Part shown: positions 1 to 11,937 of the stretch, piece after piece
How positions within the stretch are numbered: position 1 is the first letter of the stretch
Layout of the letters: each line of letters starts with the position of its first letter
DNA from: Alloascoidea hylecoeti
Taxonomy: Eukaryota
Length of the DNA: 64,000 nucleotides
Assembly (NCBI GenBank): GCA_001600815.1
Contig: BCKZ01000001.1
Span: 850,613 to 914,612, forward strand
Direction of reading: 5' to 3'
The notes under the pieces: generated by a model
Told to the model about the DNA's origin: nothing
The model's database searches: none
Seen by the model: the letters and a program-made list of their open reading frames with translations, nothing else
Made by a program: the position numbers and the translations under genes

Positions 1-228
1 AAATATTAGCATTTCAGGTCTTTCTTCTCAAGGACCCATCGTTTGCTATTTTTCAGTTCGTTGCCAGTTTTGAAAATGCAGAGGACATTAATATGCTTGA
101 TCCCTCCTAGTTGCAACTTCTCTTCTTCACCATATACTGTGCAAGTATAAGTATAACTGTACACAGTATACACACTCCAACACTTCTTCTCTTCCTTTTA
201 TCATTATAATATTAAGCTTCTTCGTTCG

Positions 229-1064
229 ATGTTAACAACCCAGAGCTCGCCAGCAATCACATCTTCTATCGTCCCTCTCATGATCATACGACGCTCTTCG
301 TCTTCCGTACTTTCGCCTTTATACAAACCCCGGACTTCCAAAAAAAAGCATGGAAAGCGCATCAATACCGATAAATACAAGTGGATTCCTCGAGTCCCTT
401 CAACCGAATTTCTTTCGCCCTCAAGTATGTTGTTCTTATCTTATCTATGTGAATAACTAAGTTACACCGTTAGCCGGAGCTGAACAGAACAGAACATCTG
501 AATAGAACAGACAAAAAGTTACAGCTATCGAATAAATGAATGAATTATACTAACATCCCTTTTCTTTCAGAGCTATTCAAAGATGGACTTTTCTCGGGAT
601 ATCGTCCTCTTCCGATGGTACCATCTTCCGTTTATCCATTACCCCCCAACCCCCACAACCCTGTAGATCCTAACCCGCGAACCGGGTACTTTCCTCCTTC
701 CTCGTCTACCAAAGAAGACGTAGTACAAATTTCATCCTCAACTGCAAAAGCTGCTGGCCCTACCATTTTGGCATCTTCTCATCCTTCTTTGCGCACATCA
801 CTATGGTCTTCTTCAGCGGCTGGGTTAGAACACTATCCAGAAATGGATAAATTTCCTAAATCTATGGTCGAAAATTTAAAACCTTTCCAACAACCTGAGT
901 TACCCATTGAGATTAATATAATTACTGGTGAAAAAATCAATAACTCTTTGAATTTAGAAATGAGTAAAAAATCTAGGACTGATATAGAAACAGATGAATT
1001 AGAGGTAGATTCTACTCAACGAAAAAGAAGAAAGAAGAAGCTTTCTAAAGGTATGAAGAATTAA
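229..1064 (+). CDS. Pet20/Sue1-family mitochondrial protein (exons 229-424, 571-1064)
   Basis: Intron 425-570 (GTATGT, TACTAAC at 548-554, CAG) joins the two ORFs in frame. Motifs IPRVPSTEFL, LFSGYRPL and WSSSAAGLEHYPEMDKFPKSMVENLKPF resemble the Pet20 family. The N-terminus is basic and Ser-rich. Confidence 0.7.
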
Positions 1065-1614
1065 TTTTAAAAAAACAGTTCAAACACAAACATATTACAG
1101 ATACAAAATATAAAGATATTTTTGTTTTTCCTATCATATACAGCGATATCAACCACATAATTTCAGTTGTTATCTTTTGCACATTACATTTAAATGTGAT
1201 ATAATTATTAATATCTTCAAATATGTTTTTTTCAAGTTGATGAAACTTCCTTTTGTTATTATACTATCACTATTATTATTTATATTATATACATCTCATT
1301 TTTCTGAAATATTCGTCGTTGGCTTAAGTTGAAATTTGGTTTTGGTGGTTTTGGTTTTGGAATTAGTGGATTATGGAAATGGAGAGTAATGCTAGTTGAC
1401 TTTAATATATATTAATCTTATATCTATACATAAGTTAATTATAATAGATAACTATAAATATTTGCGTTTGTTTTAATATTAAATATCATTTATAGAATTA
1501 GTCACTCAAATTTGAGAATGGATATATGATATTTATATTTTTATGAATTCAAACTAGTGCTAGCTGTAAAACTGTCATAAAATCACAAATTTCTTAAGCT
1601 TGCATTTCGATAAA

Positions 1615-2551
1615 TCAAAATATAGAATTGATGACATCGGCACCCAAAGTCGCACCAGCACCGAAAACAGCAGCCTCTCCGAACCTAGAACCCCACTGTT
1701 TCATTTGAGAAGGCTGTTGTTGTTGAGGTTGTTCTTGAACAATAACTTGTGGTGCCGGCTGTTGTATAGGCATGGGGGGTTGATAGTAGTTAGCTGGAGG
1801 AGGAGGGTAAGAATATGGCATTGGTTGTTGTTGTGGAGGCCCTGGAGGAGCATTATATGCTGGTTGTTGTGAATAGTTATAATAATTAGGCTGAGTCATA
1901 GGCATTTGTCGCATGGTCGGACTCGTTGGTCTATTTTGGGGAGGGGGAGCTTGATAAAAGTTTTGTGCTGTTGATTGATGGTTACTGAGTTGTTTTTCAT
2001 TATCCTTATTTAAAGACATAGAGGATTGAATTTTTCTAACATAATTGGATGGGAAAGTCCCCGTCCTTCCGGATCCATTGATTTGTCCTTTCCACCAATT
2101 CTTATTTGACTTATCAGTAACACAAATATTGTCACCAGCATGAAGTTCTAAATCATCAGGCCCTTGAGAATTATAATTATACAAAGCTTTATAATACTCG
2201 TTGCTTGTAGCCGCAGGTCCCGAAGAAGGTTCAGATTTCGAAGTTATCTGCAATTGACCCATATTTTTTGATATATCATTACTAGCACTTTCAATCGAGT
2301 CAGAATAGGAAGGGAGAAGATTGCCCTCCTTCAAACTGAACGGTTTAACAGGATCTTCTCCTTGTTTAAATCTTTTAGGGATTTTTGATTCGATTTGTTC
2401 TCTAAGTTCTTGGGTAATAACATCAGATTCAGTAAGAAACTCCAACTCCTAAAAATCAAAAGTTAGTTTTTACCCGTGCTCAATTGTAACTACATATATC
2501 ACGTACATTATAAATAGAGGATAGTGATCTGTTAATTAGAGAGGTTGTCAT
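1615..2551 (-). CDS. PIN3: SH3-domain protein, Pin3/Lsb1 family (exons 2551-2507, 2448-1615)
   Basis: Exon 1 MTTSLINRSLSSIYN, intron 2506-2449 (GTACGT..CTAAC..TAG), then ELEFL. SH3 domain (ALYNY..WWKG..GTFPSNYV), Q/P-rich region, C-terminal FGEAAVFGAGATLGADVINSIF. Confidence 0.9.
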
Positions 2552-3300
2552 ATTATTATGCGAAAGATTTTGATGATGAAGGATAAAAAATGTAGCATGC
2601 AGTTGCTTATTATAAGCTTTATTCAAATGTACCGAAGGAACCGTAAATATTTTTCCCCATGAAATATTATTCTCTTACATATGTATTTATTATTTAAGCT
2701 TTTACGCAGATGTTCCGAAAAACCTTATGTGTCTCTCCTAGGTAAATTATGCTTGTGATATAAGCTTATATATTCTTATGCATGCATGCTATTATTATAA
2801 CATCAATTTACCAGTACTGATGGAATAAATATGAACAACAGTTCTTTTATCTATTATTATAAGCATAGTTCTTTAAATTTTTACCATATTAATATGTAAA
2901 ATTTTACTGTCTTCATATGTATAACTATATAAAGATTTACGTAGAAAATTTAACTGGCAGATATACTTAAAACAAGCTTATATTTATTTCAACAAATGAT
3001 GACTTTAGTTGGCTTCATTTATGACACCAATATCAAAAATATACCTACCTAATATAGTATGATAGTACCTAAGTTATAAGTAATAATTAATTGAGTTGGA
3101 TCGTATATGCGTATATATGGATGAAAAGGGTATCTAATATCTACAGATACTAATTTCTAAAATAGTTCGAGGAATTGATAAAATTAATTGCACAAGATCT
3201 AGTTATTTGTAAACACATACGTATACCTATACCAGTAATTTATGGGAAGAGTTTGACAATATATTAACTTGTAATTAAGCAATGGCTTGAGGAAACAAAG

Positions 3301-5328
3301 CTAGAAACTGCTTCTATATACATTCCATATCCGATCAATAGTGCGAAGTCTACTCTTCACTCCCAGATTCTGATCCTCTAAATCTTGCAAATCCTCTAGC
3401 CAATCCCTAAATAAGTTCTTTGGTATGACTTGCTGTGAAGCATTTCTTAATAAATTTACTTCACAAAGCAACAAACCTTCATCTTTAAATGATAATTCAT
3501 TTGTATTTGTATCTTGTGTAGATCTATTTAAGATTCTTTGGATTCTGCCTAGTGTTCTTAAAACATGCTGCTTCTTCTGACCAGAACCTTTAATTGAGCG
3601 TCCTTTAAAAACTATCTCATAAAATCTTTTACCACTCCATAATGTAAATAATCCACTTGGTAAAATAGCAACTATTCCAAAAACAAGTTCTTGTGATTTT
3701 AATAACTGATCAATACCACTAATTGCAACATCAACATCAACTTTTGTTTTCTGAATTTGAATCAATAATGATCTTACTAATGTACCTTTTAATAAACTGA
3801 TAACCGGATTCTTTAATTGTGATTCATAAGGTTTCATTAATGTTGTTAAATCACCATCTTGAACATCTTTTTGAATTTGCACAATTTGATTTGGATTTTC
3901 AGAACTGATAGTTTGGTTTGTTGTACGATCAGTAACATAATCAATAACCATTCTTTCCAGGCTCTTTAAATCAGCTTCTAACGACTTCTTTGAAATTAAC
4001 GCTATTCTTGATGTATCATCATGTCTAATAGTTGATAAAATCTTAGTAACAGGTTGAATAATCCAATTTTGCCAAAACCCGATAATTGTATCAATACAAT
4101 TTAATTTAAACCAATTTATAATTGCATCATAATTCGTTATACCTTTTTTAACAGCTATATATAAAGAGACACCAGATACAATTAATAAAGGCCAATACCT
4201 AAACACAATAGATGGTTTTCCATGTTTCGATTGAGTTTGTAATTGAATTCTTGATTGATGTGGAATCCAATAGGATATGATATTTTGCAAATATGTTAAA
4301 GAATCAGCATTGTTCACAGTAATGTGAGAAGATTTTATATTCTCATTGATAAATTTACCTGAAAATAAAGCATCATTCATTAATGAAATACCATTTTGAA
4401 TTTGTAATTGCCATTCATTTTCATCAAAAGTATTATCAGAAATTTTTGGATTCAGTTTATTTTTAAATAGTTGACTACTTGCTAATAAACCTAAAATATT
4501 TGCTTTTGAATTTCTTAATTCTGTAATTTTTTGTTTATTTAGAGCGATTTGAGATTTTAAGACATCCAATGGTGATAAGAAAAAATCAGGGGTTAATTTT
4601 ATTCGTTTCGATGTTAGTAAGAGTTTAGGTGAAGTTGATTTCCAAGGTAAAAGTTGATGTATTTGAGTGAATTGGGTTTTTAAGAATTTGAACCAATGTT
4701 TTATATAAGTAATCAACTTGTTTTGAATGTTCTCATTCTCATCTGATGATGTGTTAAAATTTACAGTTTGCCTACCATCTTTATATAGAGATTTAATAGA
4801 TTGAACGATATTATATGGAATTGATTGCAAATATAGGAAAGGAATTCCATAGCCTGAGGACTCAACATCATCCCAATAAAATATATCCTCATCAAGTGGT
4901 AAAGTTTCATCCAGTAATAGATCAGTAATTTTCTTATAAACACCAAGAGCAATATATCCGGTAATAATTGTCTCAAACTCCTGAAGTCTTGAAAGTAATT
5001 TTTTTTCAACTGGTGAGATCGTTGTAGGACCAGCACTAATAGCAATTGTATTCATCATTAAGTCCGAAATAGCGTTCAGAGAAGTGTGGATCACATCAGT
5101 ACTAAGTCCTTTTTTGTCAAGCTTGAAACTGCTTGATAAGTCATTATGAAGGGATTTTGCAAAAGCAATTTTATTAACCAATAATTTTGTTTGATCTGAT
5201 TGAGATTGTAAATTGAAAAAACCTTCATCAGCAGTCAAACATGATAAATCAGATAAAATTCCAGTTGCAATTGAATCCAAAGTGGATATATTCTCTTTAA
5301 CTCTGAAATAAATAATCCCACTCTTCAT
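3301..5328 (-). CDS. NCA2: Nuclear control of ATPase protein 2 (Nca2)
   Basis: 675-aa ORF with KPS..RYWP, SLEADLKSLERMV and LLIQIQKTKVDVDVAISGIDQLLKSQELVFG motifs. Confidence 0.9.
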   Translation of the reverse strand: MKSGIIYFRVKENISTLDSIATGILSDLSCLTADEGFFNLQSQSDQTKLLVNKIAFAKSLHNDLSSSFKLDKKGLSTDVIHTSLNAISDLMMNTIAISAGPTTISPVEKKLLSRLQEFETIITGYIALGVYKKITDLLLDETLPLDEDIFYWDDVESSGYGIPFLYLQSIPYNIVQSIKSLYKDGRQTVNFNTSSDENENIQNKLITYIKHWFKFLKTQFTQIHQLLPWKSTSPKLLLTSKRIKLTPDFFLSPLDVLKSQIALNKQKITELRNSKANILGLLASSQLFKNKLNPKISDNTFDENEWQLQIQNGISLMNDALFSGKFINENIKSSHITVNNADSLTYLQNIISYWIPHQSRIQLQTQSKHGKPSIVFRYWPLLIVSGVSLYIAVKKGITNYDAIINWFKLNCIDTIIGFWQNWIIQPVTKILSTIRHDDTSRIALISKKSLEADLKSLERMVIDYVTDRTTNQTISSENPNQIVQIQKDVQDGDLTTLMKPYESQLKNPVISLLKGTLVRSLLIQIQKTKVDVDVAISGIDQLLKSQELVFGIVAILPSGLFTLWSGKRFYEIVFKGRSIKGSGQKKQHVLRTLGRIQRILNRSTQDTNTNELSFKDEGLLLCEVNLLRNASQQVIPKNLFRDWLEDLQDLEDQNLGVKSRLRTIDRIWNVYRSSF

Positions 5329-5394
5329 TATAAACGCAACCTTTCAAATTTACAGTATGAAGTTAACACAAAAACAAAAATGAGCTTTGAAGAT

Positions 5395-5402
5395 CCGGGT
5401 AA
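5395..5402. promoter_or_regulatory. Reb1-type site CCGGGTAA in the NCA2/NCE102 divergent promoter
   Basis: Exact match to the S. cerevisiae Reb1 consensus. A second exact site (TTACCCGG) lies at 44945-44952, upstream of the SPF45-like gene. Confidence 0.5.
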
Positions 5403-5707
5403 GTCTGCATGTTATATGCAGTATATCTATAAAATAGTCCACTTTTGGACACTTTCTGCGCATAATTTATCTTTTGGGACAGATGACAACAAACATTTCC
5501 AGATGTAGTGAAAAGCATCTGTATGATGACGCTTTTGGGAAATATGCGGCTGAATGGAGTGACCGGAGTACGGATGTTATTACGAAAACAATGAAAACAT
5601 TCGAAATATTATTTATTGATCAATTGCTTGCTTTTTTCTTCTCTCCACTTTTATAAACCACTTTTTAATCCTTTTAAACTTACTTTAATACTTATTAAAT
5701 TGCAACA

Positions 5708-6280
5708 ATGGTATTCAATCTGCCCGATGTTATCCTCAGAGGTATCCTTTTTCTATTCCTAATCATCGTTTTGGGTTTAACTGGTAACTTACGTGCTACT
5801 CAAGACAAAACAAATTCTCAGATCAATTTTAGGTAAGAGATTTCATATGAAATCTATGATTTACATTGGAAATGTGTAACTAATCTTTTATTTAGTATCT
5901 TTGCCGCTGTTTTTGGTCTAGTGTTGGGAGTTTTCTATCAAGCTATCTCTTGGGTATTTGAATTCTTTGGAATCCCAATCATTTTAGCATTTCTTGATTT
6001 CTTCAATGCTGTATTCACCTTCGCTGCTGCCACTTCAATCGCTGCAAATATCCATGCCCATTCTTGCAACAACCAACAATTCTTGGATAATAATTCAATT
6101 TCACAGGGTTCTGAGGACAGATGCCGAAAAGCCCAAGCTAGTACGGCCTTCTTGTACTTCGCCTTCTTCATATTCCTTGCCACTACTGTTCTCTCAGTCT
6201 TAGGTCTTCTTAAAAATGGTTCCTTTGGAATTGCCCCCCGTCGTACCGCAAAACCCGGCGTTCCTACTTTAGGTGCTTAA
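5708..6280 (+). CDS. NCE102: MARVEL-domain eisosome membrane protein Nce102/Fhn1 (exons 5708-5832, 5896-6280)
   Basis: MVFNLPDVILRGILFLFLIIVLGLTG; intron 5833-5895 (GTAAGA..ACTAAT..TAG); AHSCNN..RCRKAQASTAFLYF. Confidence 0.9.
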
Positions 6281-6979
6281 GGGTGGGTCGCGAATCTATG
6301 TATACTAATCCGTGACCTATTGCATACCACTGGTACCTTATAAATAAGATTGGACTTCATTTAATAGATCTTGATTTGAATTTGAAACAAATCTCAATAA
6401 ACAACCGCACATACAAGAGCCATTATAATAATGTCAAAAATAAAGAAGCATGAAGTTACTTCTATTGCTATAATTCTCTAATTTTCTACCTTTTGATTGC
6501 TTGCTTTATAAATTTATTGTTATCACGTGTATTAAATCTTTCTTGAAAATCAACTTTAAACGACAATATTTTTCTTCAATTTTGTTTTTTTTATATATTA
6601 AACCCTCTTCAAGATTTTATAAATCTATACCTTAATAACCCTTAATCATTACTTTTGATTATTATTATACTATAGCTATAGACTGTTTTTTGGCTTTTTC
6701 CTTACACTCCTCCACCTTTAGTAGCAATTAAATATGACGTTTATATTATGGATACATATTAATTAATGTTTGCTTTTTAATTTATATATTTGATTTGTAA
6801 TAACCATATATATACTATGTTATTGTCTAATCTAAATTGATTTACTGTAACATTAACATACAAGAGAGTTTTATTAAGAACATCGATATATATTTGATAT
6901 TTATAGGAACAGTACAATCCATTTATTGTTCTATATACAGTTAATAGTATTTTTAAAATTTATGTATGATGTATCACAT

Positions 6980-7964
6980 TTATCTTCCAATGTTTAACAA
7001 TAATGAATTGCTACTTCCAGCACCCTGTCCACCAGCGGCAGCACCAGAAGGTAAGTAAGTAACGTTAGGAGAAGAAGCTAAAGTGGAAGCAATTTCCTTA
7101 GAAGCCTCAATTCTTCTAATCAATAACAAACCATCACCATTCTTATCCAAAGCTTTTGAAATGTGTTCAGCGGCTTCAGCTTCACCTTCTGCTCTAATAA
7201 CAGAAGCTTGTCGTTCTTGTTCGGCTTTTTCAACAATGAATTTGGCTCTTTCAGCATCTTGTTGTGCTATTTGCTTTTGTTCAATAGCTTTAGTAAAGTC
7301 ACGGCCGAAGGTCATATGAGTGATGGAAACATCTTCTAACATGATACCGAATTCTTGGGCACGTTTACTCAATTCATCTCTGATTCTACCAGAAACAATT
7401 TCTCTTTGAGTAATTAATTCGGAAGCATTAAATTGTGCAACAACAGATTTTAAGATTTCATTACCGATAGATGGCAAAACACGTTCATCATAATCAAGAC
7501 CAAGATTTTGATAAATTTGTGGCAAATTACCAATATTAGGTCTATGAAGAATACGTAAAGTCAATGAAATACTTTGTAAATCCTTACTTGGAGTATTTGT
7601 TGGAATAATTCTAGGCTAATCATTGTTGTTTAGATTAACGTTAGCAGCTACTCATTTTTTCTAGATCCGAAAATTATGTGATCATACCTTTGTTCTAACA
7701 TCATATATAACAGCCTTTTGCAACCATGGAATAAGAAAATGGGTTCCTTCACCAACTACAGTTTGTCTAACACCTGAGAAACGATCGAAAATAACAGCTC
7801 TTGAACCACCTTTAACATCATATAATGAGTAGTCAGCTACTAACAGACCTGTTAGTAGAGTAGCACCCAAGAATCCTATAGTATCAATGACGAGGGGTTA
7901 GATTAATCTATTTAATAGTGATGATTGTATCAATTAACTTACTGCCAACGCTATTTGCTGCCAT
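6980..7964 (-). CDS. PHB1: Prohibitin 1 (exons 7964-7943, 7875-7688, 7615-6980)
   Basis: [55 protein letters not shown]-terminal LLLNIGR. Introns 7942-7876 and 7687-7616 keep the frame. Confidence 0.95.
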
Positions 7965-8931
7965 CTTTACTTTATACTTGATTATAAGATCTGATCAATT
8001 TAGAGGAGGTGAGTGAAGTGATGATTGGTGTAATAGGCTGAACGCGTGTACATGTCAGCACGGAAGCAGAGCAGCTCAGATTTAACCAACAAGAATAACA
8101 ATAGCACTTGAAATCTTCTGATTTCTATTTTGAATACTTATAGATGATGATAAATGATGATAAACGACCATAATACTATCTACAAATAATTATTATAATG
8201 ATGAATAACTTCCTATTATGATTAGACTGATTTAAAAATCTTTAAGAATTGATAAACAGACGATGTGTTCTTTTAGTTCATAAATGTGTTGAGTTTATCA
8301 TCTTAATTAATTTCATCGTCTATTATATCAACATGTGGAAAATTTATTAAATTTGAATATATAGAAAACAATATACCGAATGCTCAGCTTTAAATAATTC
8401 AAACACAAATTCAAATTTAAAAGACAATAATTTCGAAAAATAACGATTTAATTAATAAACTTCAGCAATTATGGAGAAATATCTTAAATACTTATATCGA
8501 AGAATCTTCACCACTTGAATTAAGTCTTCCTTGGGATTTTTTTTTCTTTGAGATATCAAACAATCGCTATTCATACATAAGGCATCTTAGTTAAAACTAT
8601 AAATAGATAACTTAGTAACTTGCTCTTTAAGTTTCAATAAACTTATACATTTATAAGTATAGTTCGGTTGCTGTTTCCAACTTTGGAAATATAAAGACGA
8701 TTAAATATCTTCTATTTTCAAAGTCTTTTGATCTATTCTTTCGTGTGTCAGTATCTGTAAAAGAGAAAGTACTGCAAAGTAGTCACCTGCCTCATGTGTC
8801 AATATAACTCTGTTGCCAAGTTAACTCATCTACACTCACAATCAATATATCCATTTATAACATCCACACCATCAGCAACCCTCATTAAACTTATTCCCCT
8901 ACTTTATTTTCTTATATTCGTACTTGCATTC

Positions 8932-9535
8932 ATGAAAACTACTGCTGCTTCTAAACGTCTTATGAAAGAGCTGGCGGCTTATAATAATAATGACGAACCA
9001 GATGAAGACACAAACATTCTGTCCCTAGAGGCTGACGATGAGGATCTGTTCAAATGGAACGCCGTTGTCAAAGGCTTAAAAGGAACCCCTTACGATGGTG
9101 AGTTGATACTTGATCTAATAGTTAAAATTTAATGCTAACAGGATGAATTTAATAGAGGGGCGATGGAAAGTAGAGATTAATATTCCACAAACTTATCCGC
9201 TACAACCACCAACAATGAAATTTTTGACGCCTATATGTCATCCAAATATTCACTTCAAAGTAAGTATCATCATAATAATATGACCGTTTTTCTCTAACAT
9301 TATGTTTTCTACTTTGTAGACCGGAGAAGTATGTCTGGACATTCTAAAAGATCAATGGTCACCAGCTTGGACAATAACATCATCACTCATGGCAGTTATA
9401 TCATTATTTTCTTCTCCAGAGCCAAACAGTCCTCTTAATATAGATATTGCAAATTTAATTCGATGTGGCGACTCGAGCGCTTCAAATGGTTTAATTAAGT
9501 ACTACAAAACTCGGTATGCCATGAAAAAGTTATAA
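8932..9535 (+). CDS. PEX4: Ubiquitin-conjugating E2, Pex4/Ubc10-like (exons 8932-9097, 9156-9259, 9320-9535)
   Basis: Spliced product: ASKRLMKEL..GTPYDEGRW..YPLQPP..CHPNIHFKTGEVCLDILKDQWSPAWT..PEPNSPLNIDIANLIRCGD. Introns 9098-9155 and 9260-9319. Confidence 0.8.
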
Positions 9536-9753
9536 ATAATTCTTATTCAACTATTAAAGAATCAATTAATTCTCTCATAGGTCATATCTTATAGATCTTA
9601 TATACATTATTCAATCTTGTCTATATAAATAATTTACTATATAGAACTATTAAACTAAGTAATCGACATCAAAATCATTATGTGTACGGGTACATTGTCA
9701 AAAATAAATAGAATAGTAGATTGTCAAAAAACGGTTATCTTCACTAATTATAA

Positions 9754-11937
9754 TCACCATATTTGTGTCTCCTCAAATAAATCAACCCTTCCTTTGCAGT
9801 CAGATAAATATTCGGCTGTGTAATCTCTAATTGAATCAGAGAATACATCAGGACCACATGTTACAATACCAACAGATCCTGCACTGATCTTAAATTCCTC
9901 TCTAATAATTGTCTCAATATCTGGTCTTCCCTTTTTCAGCGTTATGAAGGGGAATCTTTCTCCAACAGTCCTCCAGAGATCTGTGGATCCATCTGCTGAA
10001 TCTGAATCTGAACCATCTTTATCGGAACCCTTTACTACTACGGCCTTTTTGTCATTATCGTTCTTTTCATCAATTGAGTCATCATTAAAAGAAATATGGC
10101 CAAGGTGATCTTCATCTCCTTTAGTGATATATATATTTGTTTCGATCTTATTGTTATTCAATTTTTCTAGGTCTTTATAGATCCATTCAAATGATGCAAA
10201 ATATCGAATAACCCAAGTAAATACAACTCGCTGGTTTCCAACTTGCCTTCTTCCTAAATTCTCAGCATTGCAAATTCCAGTTGGAATACCATGTCCTGCA
10301 CAAAATATTAAAGCGGTGTCGTATTTATCAAGTGGTGCTCTTGAACCATAAGGCCCTTCTATTAGTGTGTGAATTGTAGCAGAGTGATTTGGTTGTTTAG
10401 ACAAAAATTTACCAACCTTTGCAGTTAATCCATCTTTCATCTTAAACACAATAACAATATCTCTGTCATCTTTATCATATGCTGACAGAATCGTAAATGG
10501 ATGAGATTGCCAAAAACAGTCCCATCGCATAACATAAAGGTACACAAATGACCCGGGAACTGGTCTCCATGTAGCTGGTCTTTTAACCATCAGCCTAATA
10601 GTTTGTTCCTTCTCATAAAGTTGGTATGTCCCTTTGGTAGAAGCACCAAACCATAATACTCTTAAAATCCTGACAAAATGATCAAAACACCAGATTGCAA
10701 TAGATGCATATAGATATTCCATCCAACCAATATCACGACAGTGATACCAACAAGCAAACATAAATAAGGCAGCTAAAATAACATGAATTACTTTAAATAC
10801 CTCATAGCACTTAGCACGGAAAATATAAAGAGCTTGGAACATCAATAATCCAGCAAGAACCATGGCAACTATACCATATCTGAAATACTCTCTTTGAGCA
10901 GCTCTGGCATATGAATGACTTTCAAGAGTCATCATTGTGTAACAGATAGAATGAATGAAAGCTTCAAGAGCCATACCACGACCTATCCATTTGTGGAATA
11001 CGATAAACGATTCATATTTAAATCCAGTGAGCCACAGCATGAAATTGTTTCGTCCTGCAAAGAGGAATAGAGCCGGTAAATGCAAAAAGCAAATAACCCC
11101 ACTCCTATCAGCCAAATATTTTTCTGCTTGCCGTCTTGTAGTTGTGTAGAAATAATTTGGCAAGAAAATATCGTAGCTACTGCCAGTTAATGCGATAAAC
11201 ATGATCAAATAACCGATCAAAACTATGGTGTGCCCTCTGATTGGCACTAACATTAAATACTTCAAAGGGCCAATATGTCTCCTTCTTCCTGTAGCAGGAA
11301 GAGTTATATGTTTTCTGAAAAAGTTGAGATATTTCCCTTGACACTTCATTACAACACTAGGAACTGCTTTTCTAAAGAAATTTATAATTGATGCAATAAC
11401 AATAACCAAACACCAATAACTCATTATCCCTCCACCATAAAAGTCATTCAGGTCAACTTGATGATAAAAGGTTTTATAAGAAATAGCAATAAGCGCTTCT
11501 GTTTCATTAGTAACTAAAACAGGTGAATAATGCGCAACAGTTGAATTGAAGGTTGAATTGGAAGCGTCAATAAGATAGTTTGTTGCATTTTTGTAAGATG
11601 AACTCAGGTCATCGAGGGTAAGATTGATGCTATAGAGTGGACAATTTTCTAAGGCTAATTCATAAGCAATAGATATATCGGTTGTCTTTTTAGCATATTT
11701 ATTAGCACAAGTAACATATGTACCAAGTGCTGGATCTGAAGAGCAAATGCAAGCCCAAGAAGTAGTATTAACATCACAATCAAATGTAATGTCAGTGGTA
11801 GCAGCAGAACAAGCTAAACCAAGAATGTCACCATCATTATAGTTATATGTACTTGTTACTGGTTCTGTGAATAGTAACAATGTCACTGAAACCAAGGTAA
11901 CAAAGCAATGCTTCATAAGATATTCATATAGCTTCAT
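9754..11937 (-). CDS. Ferric/cupric reductase transmembrane component (FRE family), copy A
   Basis: 727 aa. Signal peptide, Cys-rich N-terminus, heme-ligand His (FHKWIGR, H..), FAD motif QSHPFT, NADPH motifs IEGPYG and CGP, C-terminal EETQIW. Confidence 0.95.
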   Translation of the reverse strand: MKLYEYLMKHCFVTLVSVTLLLFTEPVTSTYNYNDGDILGLACSAATTDITFDCDVNTTSWACICSSDPALGTYVTCANKYAKKTTDISIAYELALENCPLYSINLTLDDLSSSYKNATNYLIDASNSTFNSTVAHYSPVLVTNETEALIAISYKTFYHQVDLNDFYGGGIMSYWCLVIVIASIINFFRKAVPSVVMKCQGKYLNFFRKHITLPATGRRRHIGPLKYLMLVPIRGHTIVLIGYLIMFIALTGSSYDIFLPNYFYTTTRRQAEKYLADRSGVICFLHLPALFLFAGRNNFMLWLTGFKYESFIVFHKWIGRGMALEAFIHSICYTMMTLESHSYARAAQREYFRYGIVAMVLAGLLMFQALYIFRAKCYEVFKVIHVILAALFMFACWYHCRDIGWMEYLYASIAIWCFDHFVRILRVLWFGASTKGTYQLYEKEQTIRLMVKRPATWRPVPGSFVYLYVMRWDCFWQSHPFTILSAYDKDDRDIVIVFKMKDGLTAKVGKFLSKQPNHSATIHTLIEGPYGSRAPLDKYDTALIFCAGHGIPTGICNAENLGRRQVGNQRVVFTWVIRYFASFEWIYKDLEKLNNNKIETNIYITKGDEDHLGHISFNDDSIDEKNDNDKKAVVVKGSDKDGSDSDSADGSTDLWRTVGERFPFITLKKGRPDIETIIREEFKISAGSVGIVTCGPDVFSDSIRDYTAEYLSDCKGRVDLFEETQIW

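Noticed and set aside
9320..9350. Alternative yeast code (CUG=Ser or Ala)
   Set aside because: CTG encodes the conserved Leu of the E2 active-site motif CLDIL, consistent with the standard code (a single-site check).
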